A stretch of 64,000 nt of DNA from Candidatus Gottesmanbacteria bacterium (GTDB taxonomy: Bacteria > Patescibacteriota > Microgenomatia > UBA10105 > UBA927): contig CAVQFA010000003.1 of the NCBI GenBank assembly GCA_963711735.1, positions 146,971 to 210,970 of the forward strand. The letters run 5' to 3'. How positions within the stretch are numbered: position 1 is the first letter of the stretch; every line of letters starts with the position of its first letter. A program made the position numbers and the translations under genes. The notes below the pieces were generated by a model. That model was not told the DNA's origin and searched no databases. It worked only from the letters and a program-made list of their open reading frames with translations. Of this stretch, positions 1-10,689 are shown one piece after another.

Positions 1-2
1 AC

Positions 3-842
3 ACCTTTGTTGAGGTTGTCAGGGTTTTAACCGACAGCGCGTTTGTGCAGGAGCTTCTGCCGAAAGTGACTGACCCCATCATCCGCCGCTACTGGACAGA
101 CCAGATTGCCCAGACTGCCGATTTTCACAAGTCCGAGGTTTTGGACTATATCGTCTCCAAATTCGGCAGGTTCGTCACCAATAAACTCATGAGAAATATC
201 ATCGGACAATCCCGGTCTTCGTTTGACTTCCGTAAGGTTATGGACGAGAAAAAAATACTCCTTATCAATCTGTCTAAAGGGAAAATAGGGGAGGAAAACA
301 GCAACTTCCTCGGGCTTATCCTCGTACCGAGGATCCTCATATCCGCCATGAGCAGGCAGGATGTTCCTGAAAATCAAAGGGAGGATTTTTACCTCTATGT
401 CGACGAGTTTCAGAACTTCGCGACCCCCGACTTTGCACAGATTCTCTCAGAAGCCCGTAAGTACAAACTCAATCTCATTGTCGCCAACCAGTTTATCGGG
501 CAGATGGAAGAGGAAGTGAAAAATGCGGTCTTCGGCAACGTGGGAACGCTTGTGGCATTCCGCGTCGGGGTGACGGACGCTAACTATCTCCAGCATGAAT
601 TCCAGCCGACGTTTAACGAAACAGACCTTATCAATATCGACAAGTTTAATGCGTATATCAAAACGACGGTCAAAAATGAACCGGTCAAGCCTTTTTCTCT
701 CGACCTCACGAAGGATATGAAAAGGGTGTCAAATGAGAAAAACCCCAACGTAGCTGCTGCGGTTATCCAGCTCGCGCGCCTTAAGTTCGGCAGGTCGCGT
801 GAGCTTGTTGAGGCGGAAATCTCCCAGAGGGCACGGCTATAA
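3..842 (+). CDS. VirD4/TraD-like type IV secretion coupling ATPase, C-terminal part (5' end outside the window)
   Basis: Motifs LLINLSKGKIGE, FYLYVDEFQNF (Walker B), LSEARKYKLNLIVANQF; paralogous to 17427-19598. Confidence 0.85.
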   Translation, partial: TFVEVVRVLTDSAFVQELLPKVTDPIIRRYWTDQIAQTADFHKSEVLDYIVSKFGRFVTNKLMRNIIGQSRSSFDFRKVMDEKKILLINLSKGKIGEENSNFLGLILVPRILISAMSRQDVPENQREDFYLYVDEFQNFATPDFAQILSEARKYKLNLIVANQFIGQMEEEVKNAVFGNVGTLVAFRVGVTDANYLQHEFQPTFNETDLINIDKFNAYIKTTVKNEPVKPFSLDLTKDMKRVSNEKNPNVAAAVIQLARLKFGRSRELVEAEISQRARL

Positions 843-911
843 AAAAAGAAACTTGGGAGTTTAACGTTATAACTTACTTCTTATAACCCACAACTTATAA
901 CCTGGAACGTG

Positions 912-3533
912 TTATGGCACTATTTCCTGCCATCGGTATTGGACGTCTTTCATATCCTCCGGCATAGCAAAAATAAGTGCGGGGTTGTAGATAAACCCTT
1001 CTGCAGGAAAAGAGATATTGTCAGATAAATCCCTTTGAAAGTCGAAGCTGTTTGCAACAAACGTTCCTCTTCCGACAAACTGCTTGTCATCCGGAGGGTC
1101 GTTTCCCTTCGTTTCAAAAATCATCGTGCCGTTTGCGACATAAAGCCCGTCAACGCCACCCAATGCTGCGCCCGGTAACGCTTCCGGCGTTCTCCCGACA
1201 TCCTTATTTATTGTTATATTACCATTAACGATAAATGATATAAATGCGTCTGCGTTGTCCAGGAAAATTTTGTTGTGGATTGTCAGTGATGCCGTTCCGG
1301 CTTCTTTTCCGATGAGCACGATGATTTTACTGTCGGGGTCCGAAAATCCCCAAGCACCATCCGGGGTTGATAGGTTACCTTGAAATGAACAGATGCGTGT
1401 ATTCTCGTCGTCACCGGGCAAACAATTCCCAAAAGGTGGTAATTTTAAGTCGTTCCAATCAATCACAGGACCAACATCTACGGGTTCCGGTGATCCGAGT
1501 AAGGTGTAGAAATACGTAAAGTAATCCTGGGCGGGTTGAGGATTTAGACTATTAGCAAGCCAATTGAGAGGATCCGGCGGGGTATGCGAGTTAACGGACA
1601 CGCGGTCCGCTCCTTTATCTGTTCCGCCCAGGAGGGAAAAGTCGTAGTCCGATGAGGCGCCTCCATACTGCACGACCCCGGGCAGTCCGCTTCCTCCGTA
1701 TCTGCTGAAGTAGGAAAGCGGACTATTAACAGGCTGGTGTGAGAATATGCCAGCGCTGGAATACACGTCGCCTCCTGCCGTCTGGAACCACCCACTAGGA
1801 GGGATAAATCCTATTTCCCACGTCAACGGGGAATCCCCTGAGTTCATTATGCGGCTGGAAGATTGCTGTACATTACCAGGTGGAATGTTTTTATACACAC
1901 AAGAAAAAGGTGTGTAGTTGTCCGGAGGGGTTGGTTGTATGGTATATGGATATGCAACACCATACCCCATACCAGCTCCTACCCATGTTGCGTAAGTATT
2001 ATTTATAGACTCCCGTGTTCCGTGACCGCTTTCCAGGTTAAACGTTGTTGTTTGGTATGACGTTCCCCACTGACTATCGATGTCACCGTAGTTCACACAC
2101 GCTACGTTTGGAGATGAAAGTGTCCGCGCCCGCGCACGCACTAATGGCGTCGGGGTGGGGGTGTGAGTGGGAGTCGGGGTGAGGGTGGGTGGTATCGGAA
2201 CGCACCGAAACCACAAATCTACATACGCAAATCCAACTCCCGGGTCAACCGTAGGAATATAGAATTGTCTTGATGGTCCGTCCACCCACACATTGCCATC
2301 CTGGGCGGATGGGTGATTGGTGCAGTTGTCACACTGTGAATTTTCCGCTGTATATCCTTGCGGAGCCCCAAACAGCACAACGTATTGATTCCCCGGGGTT
2401 ACTTCACCAAGGGTCGTCATGTATGAATCTCCGTTGTTGGAAAGCTGAAATGTTTTACTATACCCGTCGTTAATTCCAACTATTGATACACTTGTAAGCG
2501 TCCCTGCCGGACATCCGGAGTCCCGCATTCCTTGAATGCGTCCCTGTAACCCGGCGGGCGGGGTGGTTCCGGGAGGTTCCGTACACGGGGTATCCCTGCA
2601 AGCCAGTCCGTTGCACGAGTCTATGTATTCATATTCAGGATAGGGCGGGTTGCACTGAAACCCCTGACACCCTACGTCTCCGGGTTCACAGCACCGGTCC
2701 CAAATCGGATGGCACTCCCCGCACTCGGGAAGCGCTGCGCAGGATGTTCCCGCGTTTGGATTGTCGTGACCGGAATCAGCGTCGTAATCTGCCCTTGACA
2801 GCCAGCACCACACTTCCCAACAATTCTCACCGGCTCCACACGGTGTACATTGTGCACGATCGCATTTGTTCACGCAGTATGGCCCCGGGCAGCATTGCAT
2901 ATGCCCTGAGCTTCATTACATCCCCACTGGCAATTCCACTCGTTCGCCCACGACCCGGACGCACAGTACTGCTGCCAATCGCCACTGCAGCGATGTGCGT
3001 CCTCTCTACATTTACAAGTACCCCCAACACAGACTTCTCTGGGACTGTTACACAAATTACCTGCACAGCACACCTGGTTGTATTCACCGCACGTGGGTTG
3101 CGAATTGTCTACACATTCATGATTCTCGCAGTCAAGTGATCCGTCGCACTATCGCCGAAAAACAACAAGATTCCCCCTCACGTCCGCAGTTTTGGACGCA
3201 CGTGTCTGAATAGTCGCACTCTAGATTACCATTACACTCATGACCATCACAACAGTCCTGTCCTGCGTAGCCGCAATTAGCAGTATTTTCGCATAAACCG
3301 GTATTACTGTTACATAATTGACCAGTAAGACAGTTAGTTACACTTTGGTCACAAAAGCCGCTAAACCAATAACAGTAATGTTCTTGAAATGCGTTATGAC
3401 AATGCGACGAGCAATTTGATTGTGTGTTGCATGTTTCTGCGTAAACCGGGAGGATTGGCGCTGTTAAAACCCCTGCCGCAACAACAAGAAACATCCAAAG
3501 AAAAAATGAGGTGACAAAAGATTTAATTTTCAT
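912..3533 (-). pseudogene. Large secreted Cys-rich surface protein, split by two frameshifts (~3150, ~2900); probably one gene
   Basis: Signal peptide (MKIKSF...PVYA); Cys-rich repeats continue across ORFs 3132-3533, 2870-3073 and 912-2900; PT linker; C-terminal WFQTAGGDVYS...FIYNPAL region. Confidence 0.65.
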
Positions 3534-3554
3534 TTTAGTAACGCGATAAACACT

Positions 3555-3983
3555 TTATGTCTGCCTGCACCCCCTTGGGCCTCTGTTTCGTATGTCATCC
3601 GGCCGGGAAGGAAACGGCTCGCTTGTGTTTTTATATACAAGCCACAAGGTATCACCAGCGCAAAACGCGGTTTGCCAGTCCTTTCCGCTGGACGGAAACA
3701 CGACGCGTTCGTTCCTCTTTTCACCCTGTTTATTAACGGTGATAACCACCATGGGTTTAGGAGGAGAGACTGTCAGCGACGAAGAACAAAAAAAACCCTG
3801 CTTAAAGGATAACGTGCGGGTGTTTGCGTTCCATGATACAGCCTTTACCTCAGCGACGCCATTGCTGTCCGGTTGAAAACATGATGCTTTTGAACGGAAA
3901 ACGAGCGCATACAGCACCGAAATGATGCTCCCGATTGTAAATATCAGAATGATTACTACGGACCATTGTTTCATATGAGACAA
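3555..3983 (-). CDS. Hypothetical membrane-anchored protein
   Basis: 142-aa ORF with N-terminal TM helix, co-oriented with neighbours. Confidence 0.55.
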   Translation of the reverse strand: MSHMKQWSVVIILIFTIGSIISVLYALVFRSKASCFQPDSNGVAEVKAVSWNANTRTLSFKQGFFCSSSLTVSPPKPMVVITVNKQGEKRNERVVFPSSGKDWQTAFCAGDTLWLVYKNTSEPFPSRPDDIRNRGPRGCRQT

Positions 3984-4225
3984 GGAGAATCACGCATTCC
4001 TTTATTCTCTATTGTAATCATATATTCACTACACATGCAACATATCACCAAGAACAATGCGGGTGGTTTTTTCTAAATACTAAATGTGACATACAAAACG
4101 GGTTGTTTTGTTTGAAGCGGGATAAGTCGCCCTATAAATTATAAGTTGTTTACCGAAAATCTTAAAATCAGGAAAGGTACGTGGTTTGGGATTTCTGCTC
4201 TATTCAATTAAATTTTTATAGAATA

Positions 4226-6865
4226 CTAATGTTGGTATATCAAAAACGTAGGTATAATTATGGTGTTTAGATGATTGGGAGAGAGATTGTGATTATAATA
4301 TTGTGTATAATAGTCTGCGTAGTCTCCTGTCGTTGGCGTAGAATACGCAGAATAATACAGTTGGTTGTTAATCTCAATCATTCTCCTTGTGTATTCCCAA
4401 TGATTAATTGTTATAAGATTCTCGTACGTTGGATTTACCATCCCACTCACCCAAAACATAATACTGTCAATAGTATCAGAGGCATACAATGACAGAATAT
4501 CAATGGGGTAATCATGGGTGTCATTATTAATGTCTCCGTATATTCCGGAAAGGTCGTGGCCATAATGGAGCACTGTGTTTTCGTCAGGCATTCCCCAGAC
4601 CGCAAAAAGGCCTGTTCCGCTATTTTCCTGAAATGGCCTCATGAAATTACAGGAAACCAGGCTTAAATCGCGATTATGTGTGGATCCGCTCTTTGTATAA
4701 AAAGGCCTGTCTGCTATCCAATCACCTGAGTTATATGGGTTAAACGTGTTTCCGCTTGCCAGGAGTTCGGCCTGAAAATATGACATCTCGCGCGTGGTGA
4801 GGGCGTCCATGTAGGCTTCGCGGTCGGCATCAGGCATGCTGTAAATGTCTTTTAGTCGCCCGCATGCTCCTATGTCTTCGGTAATGCCAACCGCCGGTTC
4901 TGCGGACTGCCAGACGCCGTATTCAGGCAGGTAAACCTTCAGCGGATTGCCAACTTCATCATACACAACAAGGTCATGGTATTCGTCGCTCCAGCGGAGC
5001 CTTTCAGTGTCTACTGTAAGTGTTGCTTCCTGCCCGCTTCCTGATGTGAAGTCCGTGTACCTGATCGTTGCAGTCCCGTCCGGGTTTATTGTCGCTGCGT
5101 CGTGAGCTTCCCATCGTGGCACACCCGGGTTCATCTCCCGTCCCGGCTCTGCCCGGACGGACAGCGTCGCGCTTCCGTCCCCGTTTGCGGTATAGCTGTA
5201 ATCATGGTTGTACCCTTTGCTTTCAAGGTCCGCAACAAGGGTATCGACGTATGGTACAACATCGAACTCCGGAAGGGCGCCGATTGCTTTAAGCGTTTCT
5301 TCATTCGGAAGAGTTGATGCCTCGAGGTTGTACCAAAACTCTCCTGATGCGGGATTTCTGAATGCAAGGAGGTTTCCGCCCCCGTCCCGCACGACTGCGG
5401 TCCATACGCCGTTTACAACCTCAAGCCTGCGCACCACCGACCTGTCATACCCGTCTGTAATGTGAATGAAGTGATCAAACGTCCCTTCTCTCATGTCTGC
5501 GGGGTTGTAAAGAAGCGTTTCCTGGCCTTCCTGTCCTGATGCAGCCCACAGAATCCCCCTGTTGGTAAATCCTCCGATTGTCCATTCTCCCTGCCCATCC
5601 TGAACGCCCGTAAGGAAAACATCAGTGTCACTTCTGATGCCATCGGGCGAAGCAACGATCGTATATCCCTGAACCACAAGCTCTGCGGCAACGGCATTGT
5701 ACTGTGCAATGACGTTGGGCGCTGCGGACTCGGGGTTGTTCGGGTCAATCGGGAAAAACACGCTGTCTATCCTTATGTCCTGCAGGTTTTCGCGCACCAC
5801 AACAACGGGCGTTGGGGGCGCTTCGGTCGGAGAAGTGTCTGTCGGTGGTCCGCCGGAAAGGGGAGTGGGCAACGCATACGTCGGAGGAATGGTTGGTATT
5901 ATATCAGTCGGCGGTGTGGTGGGAGTCATCTCCACAAGGGTTGCGTCCGGAGGAGTAGGAGTGAGAAACTCGACTATACCGGAACACGCAACGCTCCCAA
6001 GCCCAAGAGCCGTAATTGCAAGAACTGTCCTTGTCGCTCTGGATGATGAAAATGTCTCGTGTGTCTTGAAAACTTGAGCGCTGTCTGTTTTTACATCCAT
6101 GGCTTGAGACGGACGGACTCCGGCGCTTCCGAGGTTGCTGATATAAAGAGCACCCGATCGAAATCTACTTTTTTGTTCTGGTTCTTTATCCTGTGTGTGT
6201 CTTGCCACCGTCCTGGGAGCGTTTGTTATTTCGTTTAAACGCGAGACAACAAGCTCTTCAACGTCTTTTTGTGTCAATGATATATTATTTAAAGCGGCTG
6301 TTTCTACCTCAAACGCAACTTCGCTTGCTACCGCAGAAGGTATTGCAAGCCCTTGGGGCATTCTGTTTCGCGCGTTTTCCCAACTGAGAACGGAAGCCTG
6401 AAACTTGACGTTTGCAGCCGCTAGTTTGGCTTTTTTTAGTATGGTTTTCTTCAATATTTTTTCGCTTGTCCGGATGGAACCATTCCAACCATCAAGCACG
6501 CGCTTTGCGGCAAGAGATCTTGCCGACTGAATCATGTGCCGCGTAGCATCTTGAAAATATTGTTTTTGTTCCTCAGAAATCCGCTCGCCGTTCAGTTCCG
6601 ATAAATACACTTCGTCGGGATTAAAAACAATCTTGGATCCGATGTGTACAACCTGCGTTGTTGTAAAGAGGTTTCCGTCGTTGCCCCTCCACAAACACTT
6701 AGTAATGTGACTGTTTTCTTGTATTGCCTCGACAAGGTCTTGTGGTGTGTGAACATATACGGGCCGCCCGTGTTTCTGTTCCAAAGGCGGTTGAAAGCGC
6801 TCAGTTGATAAAATGCCTTGGTGTTGTGGTGCGCTTGCCGTGCCAGCCTCAATGTGTGAAAGCAT
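4226..6865 (-). CDS. Hypothetical 879-aa single-pass membrane protein with Pro/Thr linker
   Basis: Long ORF; internal hydrophobic segment VLAITALGLGSVAC followed by PTPP/PTTPPT linker. Confidence 0.8.
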   Translation of the reverse strand: MLSHIEAGTASAPQHQGILSTERFQPPLEQKHGRPVYVHTPQDLVEAIQENSHITKCLWRGNDGNLFTTTQVVHIGSKIVFNPDEVYLSELNGERISEEQKQYFQDATRHMIQSARSLAAKRVLDGWNGSIRTSEKILKKTILKKAKLAAANVKFQASVLSWENARNRMPQGLAIPSAVASEVAFEVETAALNNISLTQKDVEELVVSRLNEITNAPRTVARHTQDKEPEQKSRFRSGALYISNLGSAGVRPSQAMDVKTDSAQVFKTHETFSSSRATRTVLAITALGLGSVACSGIVEFLTPTPPDATLVEMTPTTPPTDIIPTIPPTYALPTPLSGGPPTDTSPTEAPPTPVVVVRENLQDIRIDSVFFPIDPNNPESAAPNVIAQYNAVAAELVVQGYTIVASPDGIRSDTDVFLTGVQDGQGEWTIGGFTNRGILWAASGQEGQETLLYNPADMREGTFDHFIHITDGYDRSVVRRLEVVNGVWTAVVRDGGGNLLAFRNPASGEFWYNLEASTLPNEETLKAIGALPEFDVVPYVDTLVADLESKGYNHDYSYTANGDGSATLSVRAEPGREMNPGVPRWEAHDAATINPDGTATIRYTDFTSGSGQEATLTVDTERLRWSDEYHDLVVYDEVGNPLKVYLPEYGVWQSAEPAVGITEDIGACGRLKDIYSMPDADREAYMDALTTREMSYFQAELLASGNTFNPYNSGDWIADRPFYTKSGSTHNRDLSLVSCNFMRPFQENSGTGLFAVWGMPDENTVLHYGHDLSGIYGDINNDTHDYPIDILSLYASDTIDSIMFWVSGMVNPTYENLITINHWEYTRRMIEINNQLYYSAYSTPTTGDYADYYTQYYNHNLSPNHLNTIIIPTFLIYQH

Positions 6866-6946
6866 AATAACCTATAGTATATACATACAGACCCCTTTTT
6901 GTCAATCCCTTTGTTCTCTTGACATATACCACATTTCTCTTTATAT

Positions 6947-6965
6947 TGTGGATAACTTGTCCACA
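6947..6965. promoter_or_regulatory. Inverted pair of DnaA boxes upstream of dnaA
   Basis: TGTGGATAA (6947-6955) and TTGTCCACA (6957-6965). Confidence 0.8.
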
Positions 6966-6996
6966 CCCTGCAACTCCTACCCGTTTTCAATTGTAT

Positions 6997-8364
6997 ATGG
7001 ATTTATCACTACTCTGGAAGGGGGCGCTTGCGGAAATTGAGCTGTCCGTGTCGCCCGCAGTCTACAAAACACACTTTGCGTCAAGCGAGCTTGTCTCGTT
7101 TGAAAGCGGGGTTGCAAGCGTCGGGCTTCCAAACCCGATGATGCGCACCATGGTCGAGACGCGCTACTACTCGCTTGTCAAGTCCGTCCTTGACCACCAG
7201 ACCAAACAAAATACGAGCGTTCTTTTTGTCCTGCACATGAAAAAAACGCGCATGTCGGACGCTGACGCGGGACCGTTATTTTCGCCTGTCAAAGACACAT
7301 TTGCCGGGCCCGACGCGGCATCCTCAGCCCGGAGGGCCCATATCCGGACGGATCTCACGTTTGACAGTTTTGCGGTGAGCTCGTCCAATCAAATTGCCTA
7401 CGCTGCAGCAACCGCCGTTTCTAAAACGCCGGGAGGAGCGTATAACCCGCTTTTTATCTACGGCGGGGTGGGGGTCGGGAAAACCCACCTCATGCACGCA
7501 ATTGCCAACGCGATGTTTACCAAAAAACCGGGAACGCGCGCAATTTACTGTATGGGAGAGGAGTTCCTCAATGATATTATCGAAGCCATTCAGACGAAAA
7601 CTGCCCGTCAGTTCAAGCAAAAATACCGGAGCGCTCAGCTTCTCTTGGTTGATGACGTCCAGTTTATCGCCGGCAAAACAACCGCTCAGGAAGAATTTTT
7701 TCACACGTTTAACGCGGTCCTCAGCGAGGGCGGCCAGGTGGTTTTAACGAGCGACCGCCAGCCCTCGGAAATCTCCCGTCTTGAAGATCGGTTACGGAGC
7801 CGGTTTGAAGGAGGGTTAATCGTTGATGTATCCCAGCCGGACTATGAACTCCGGGTGGCAATTGTCAACATAAAATCCGCCTCGCTTGGTCTCACTCTTG
7901 ATGCGGAGGCGGCACAGACAATTGCCGCCAACACGATGGACGCCCGCGCAATTGAAGGGTTCCTGCGGAGATTGACAACCGAACTTGCGGCCGGAAAACC
8001 GGAAATTACTACAGAGCTTGTTTCCTCGCTTCTCAAAAGCCGCGGGGTAACGATGGAAGAAAAAAGAGTTGCCAAGAGGGTGAGTGCAGGAGAGGTTCTC
8101 GAAACGGTCGCGTCTTTTTTTACCATCAAACCGACGGCAATCAGGGGATCCAAGCGCGACCGTCCGATTGCCCGTCCGCGCCAGATTGTGATGTACCTTT
8201 GTAAAACCGAGCTTGGCATGACGCTTGCTGATATCGGCGGGATCCTGGGCGGGCGCGATCATACCACCATCATGCACGGGGTGGAAACAATAACGAGGGA
8301 GTTGTCCACAGATACGCGTTTACGTGAGTCTGTTGAGGGGATAAAAAGGAAGCTGTGGGTATAA
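6997..8364 (+). CDS. dnaA: Chromosomal replication initiator DnaA
   Basis: YNPLFIYGGVGVGKTHL, LLLVDDVQF, QEEFFHTFN, GGRDHTTIMHG; ATG at 6997 preferred as start. Confidence 0.98.
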   Translation: MDLSLLWKGALAEIELSVSPAVYKTHFASSELVSFESGVASVGLPNPMMRTMVETRYYSLVKSVLDHQTKQNTSVLFVLHMKKTRMSDADAGPLFSPVKDTFAGPDAASSARRAHIRTDLTFDSFAVSSSNQIAYAAATAVSKTPGGAYNPLFIYGGVGVGKTHLMHAIANAMFTKKPGTRAIYCMGEEFLNDIIEAIQTKTARQFKQKYRSAQLLLVDDVQFIAGKTTAQEEFFHTFNAVLSEGGQVVLTSDRQPSEISRLEDRLRSRFEGGLIVDVSQPDYELRVAIVNIKSASLGLTLDAEAAQTIAANTMDARAIEGFLRRLTTELAAGKPEITTELVSSLLKSRGVTMEEKRVAKRVSAGEVLETVASFFTIKPTAIRGSKRDRPIARPRQIVMYLCKTELGMTLADIGGILGGRDHTTIMHGVETITRELSTDTRLRESVEGIKRKLWV

Positions 8365-8545
8365 TATGTTTCCCTTATCCACTTATCCACAAAACAAATT
8401 GCCTTATCCACCGACTTATCCACTGGCGTTTCCACATAAACCGGATGTTATTGCAGACTGCACAATCTTGCCGTTGACATACTCTCCCGTATTTCGTACA
8501 CTTTTCCACACTCCTACTATCTACTATTACTATTAATACATACAT
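8365..8545. other. oriC: Replication origin oriC (dnaA-dnaN intergenic)
   Basis: DnaA boxes TTATCCAC(N) at 8375, 8383, 8404, 8416, GTTTCCACA at 8428 and TTTTCCACA at 8502, followed by a CTA/TTA trio tract and an AT-rich stretch. Confidence 0.9.
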
Positions 8546-9655
8546 ATGAAACTTCACATTCTTCAGGAAAACTTACTTAAATGTTTACAGCGAACGGGAA
8601 GAATTGTCTCAAACAAACCACAGCTTCCTATACTTCAAAATATACTTCTCGAGACACAGGGTAACCTTCTCCATATAACAGCAACAAATATGGAAACAAC
8701 GGTTATGACAACCTCCGGTGCAAAAGTGGAAAAAGAAGGAGGGCTCTGTGTACAGGCCAAACTCCTCGCGGACCTCGTCTCTTCTTTGCCGCAGGAAACG
8801 GTTGTCCTTGAGGAAAAAGAGGGAGCACTTCTCGTTTCAACGACACGGACCAAAGCAACGCTTCCCGGCATCGGGAAAGGAGAATTTCCTCCGATGAACG
8901 TGCCAAAAAAAGAAAAACGCATGATGAAGGGAGATAAAGATATTCTGGAAGGGCTCGGAAAGGCTCTTTTTGCAGCAGCAACAGATGAGGGGAGACCGAT
9001 CTTAACAGGTGTAAAAATGGAGACAAAAGGGCAATCTCTCCTTTTGGCTGCCACTGACGGGTACAGGCTATCTGTGGTTACAATTTCTGACAAAACAGGG
9101 GAAGAGTTTGATTTAGTTGTCCCCGCGCGGGCTCTTATAGAGGTCCTTAAAATTGCAGGAGAAAAAGAGGAAGGGGAAGATGGCGTTGCTTTTACCCAGG
9201 CAGAAGACGGGCAGCTGACGTTTGTTATAGGGGACACCCGCGTCATGACGCGCATTTTGGACGGAGAGTATCCGGATTTCCGGAAAATCATTCCGAAAAC
9301 CCATACGACGCGCGCAGTATTTGATGCAGGCGTTTTTTCATCAGCCGTTAAATCCGCGGCAATTTTTGCGCGGGATAACGCAAACATCGTCCGTTTACAT
9401 ATAGAGAAAAACGGCATGACGGTGTCCGCCAACACGCCGCAGGTCGGGCAAAGCGCTATAGACGTGGACGCGACGGTTGAGGGCGACGGCGGAGACATAG
9501 CATTTAACAGCAGGTTTTTGACGGAGATGCTTGCAAACTTTCCCGGCGAGGAAATTGTTTTTGAAATGACGGGGTCTCTCAATCCCGGGGTATTTCATCC
9601 GGATAAAGACGATACCTACTTTCACATCATCATGCCGGTGAGGGTACAGGGATAA
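8546..9655 (+). CDS. dnaN: DNA polymerase III beta sliding clamp
   Basis: ATDGYRLS, GEYPDFRKIIP, IAFNSRFL, HIIMPVR; directly downstream of dnaA. Confidence 0.97.
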   Translation: MKLHILQENLLKCLQRTGRIVSNKPQLPILQNILLETQGNLLHITATNMETTVMTTSGAKVEKEGGLCVQAKLLADLVSSLPQETVVLEEKEGALLVSTTRTKATLPGIGKGEFPPMNVPKKEKRMMKGDKDILEGLGKALFAAATDEGRPILTGVKMETKGQSLLLAATDGYRLSVVTISDKTGEEFDLVVPARALIEVLKIAGEKEEGEDGVAFTQAEDGQLTFVIGDTRVMTRILDGEYPDFRKIIPKTHTTRAVFDAGVFSSAVKSAAIFARDNANIVRLHIEKNGMTVSANTPQVGQSAIDVDATVEGDGGDIAFNSRFLTEMLANFPGEEIVFEMTGSLNPGVFHPDKDDTYFHIIMPVRVQG

Positions 9656-9669
9656 ATTATATAAAATAA

Positions 9670-10683
9670 TCACTTCGAAGACGGTTGCCCCGAAACAAGC
9701 GCAGTTATCTGAACAGGCTCCGTTTCGACAACCCCTTTACCACGAATAACATAAATTGGTAAAAGACGCGTCTGATTTGAAGAATAATAGTATGCAACTT
9801 CAATGTCGGTAACGGATATGTTTTTCGGAGCAGTTTTTAACAGAACAGGTTGAGCATTAGAAGACCCCACTAGGATATTTGATATTACAGAATGCCCGAG
9901 CATCAGATTATTGATGGCGTCTTGTGCTGAAATAACGGGAATTATACCCTTTTCTTCCGTCATTTCCGGAAGAATATACACCATAAACCCTATCGGTTCC
10001 TGGTTTGTGTTGAAACGGACCCACGCAGACGGCAGCTCAGCGTCTTTTACATATACAGGAACTCCTTGTAAAGACGCTTTAAAATCTACCTGAGCAACCG
10101 TTGCTAATGCAGATTTTGTTGTTTGAGTGTTTCCGCCGGACCCCGACTGAAAATATGTCGTTTTGCTGACAGAATATTGCAGGGATGGAGACAATAATCC
10201 CAACCCTTTTAAAAAAGAAAGCGCTGAGCTTTCGAGCTCTCCGGGTGATCTCATCCCTTTGGTGGAAGAGGTTGTGTTATTGATAAATGACACTTCCTGC
10301 GGATCACCGACGGAAGATAATGACTTTTTTTCTTTTGAATATAACATCATTTGTCCCCTTGTAGATTCTATGATTTTTGGTTGTTCGGTAAACCCGAGAG
10401 CAGCAGCCACGCGAGACAGAAGAGACGAAGCGTCCTTTTTTGACAGCACATACGAAGGTACGGCTGTGGGAAGTTGTGGTGTCTGATCAATAGTATAAAG
10501 AGGAATGTTGTTGACAACAGGCGTTGGAAAACGTGGGCGTTCAGACGGAAGAACCGTCGGTCGCGGAGCATTTATGCCCGGCTTACTCTGTCGGCGTTGT
10601 CCCAACCACGCGTTTAATACCCCGCCCAATATAAGCGCTACAACAAAAAGCGCACCAAGAAGAATAAGCTGTTTTTTTTCCAT
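9670..10683 (-). CDS. Hypothetical membrane-anchored extracytoplasmic protein
   Basis: N-terminal TM helix; last gene of the PrgI-VirB4-M23 operon. Confidence 0.75.
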   Translation of the reverse strand: MEKKQLILLGALFVVALILGGVLNAWLGQRRQSKPGINAPRPTVLPSERPRFPTPVVNNIPLYTIDQTPQLPTAVPSYVLSKKDASSLLSRVAAALGFTEQPKIIESTRGQMMLYSKEKKSLSSVGDPQEVSFINNTTSSTKGMRSPGELESSALSFLKGLGLLSPSLQYSVSKTTYFQSGSGGNTQTTKSALATVAQVDFKASLQGVPVYVKDAELPSAWVRFNTNQEPIGFMVYILPEMTEEKGIIPVISAQDAINNLMLGHSVISNILVGSSNAQPVLLKTAPKNISVTDIEVAYYYSSNQTRLLPIYVIRGKGVVETEPVQITALVSGQPSSK

Positions 10684-10689
10684 ATGTCT

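Noticed and set aside
6919-6996. N-terminal extension of DnaA
   Set aside because: It overlaps the DnaA boxes and promoter; ATG 6997 gives a normal length
8635-9582. Long antisense ORF in dnaN (also 39946-40839, 27086-27916, 11075-11764)
   Set aside because: Shadow ORFs opposite well-supported genes, with no motifs
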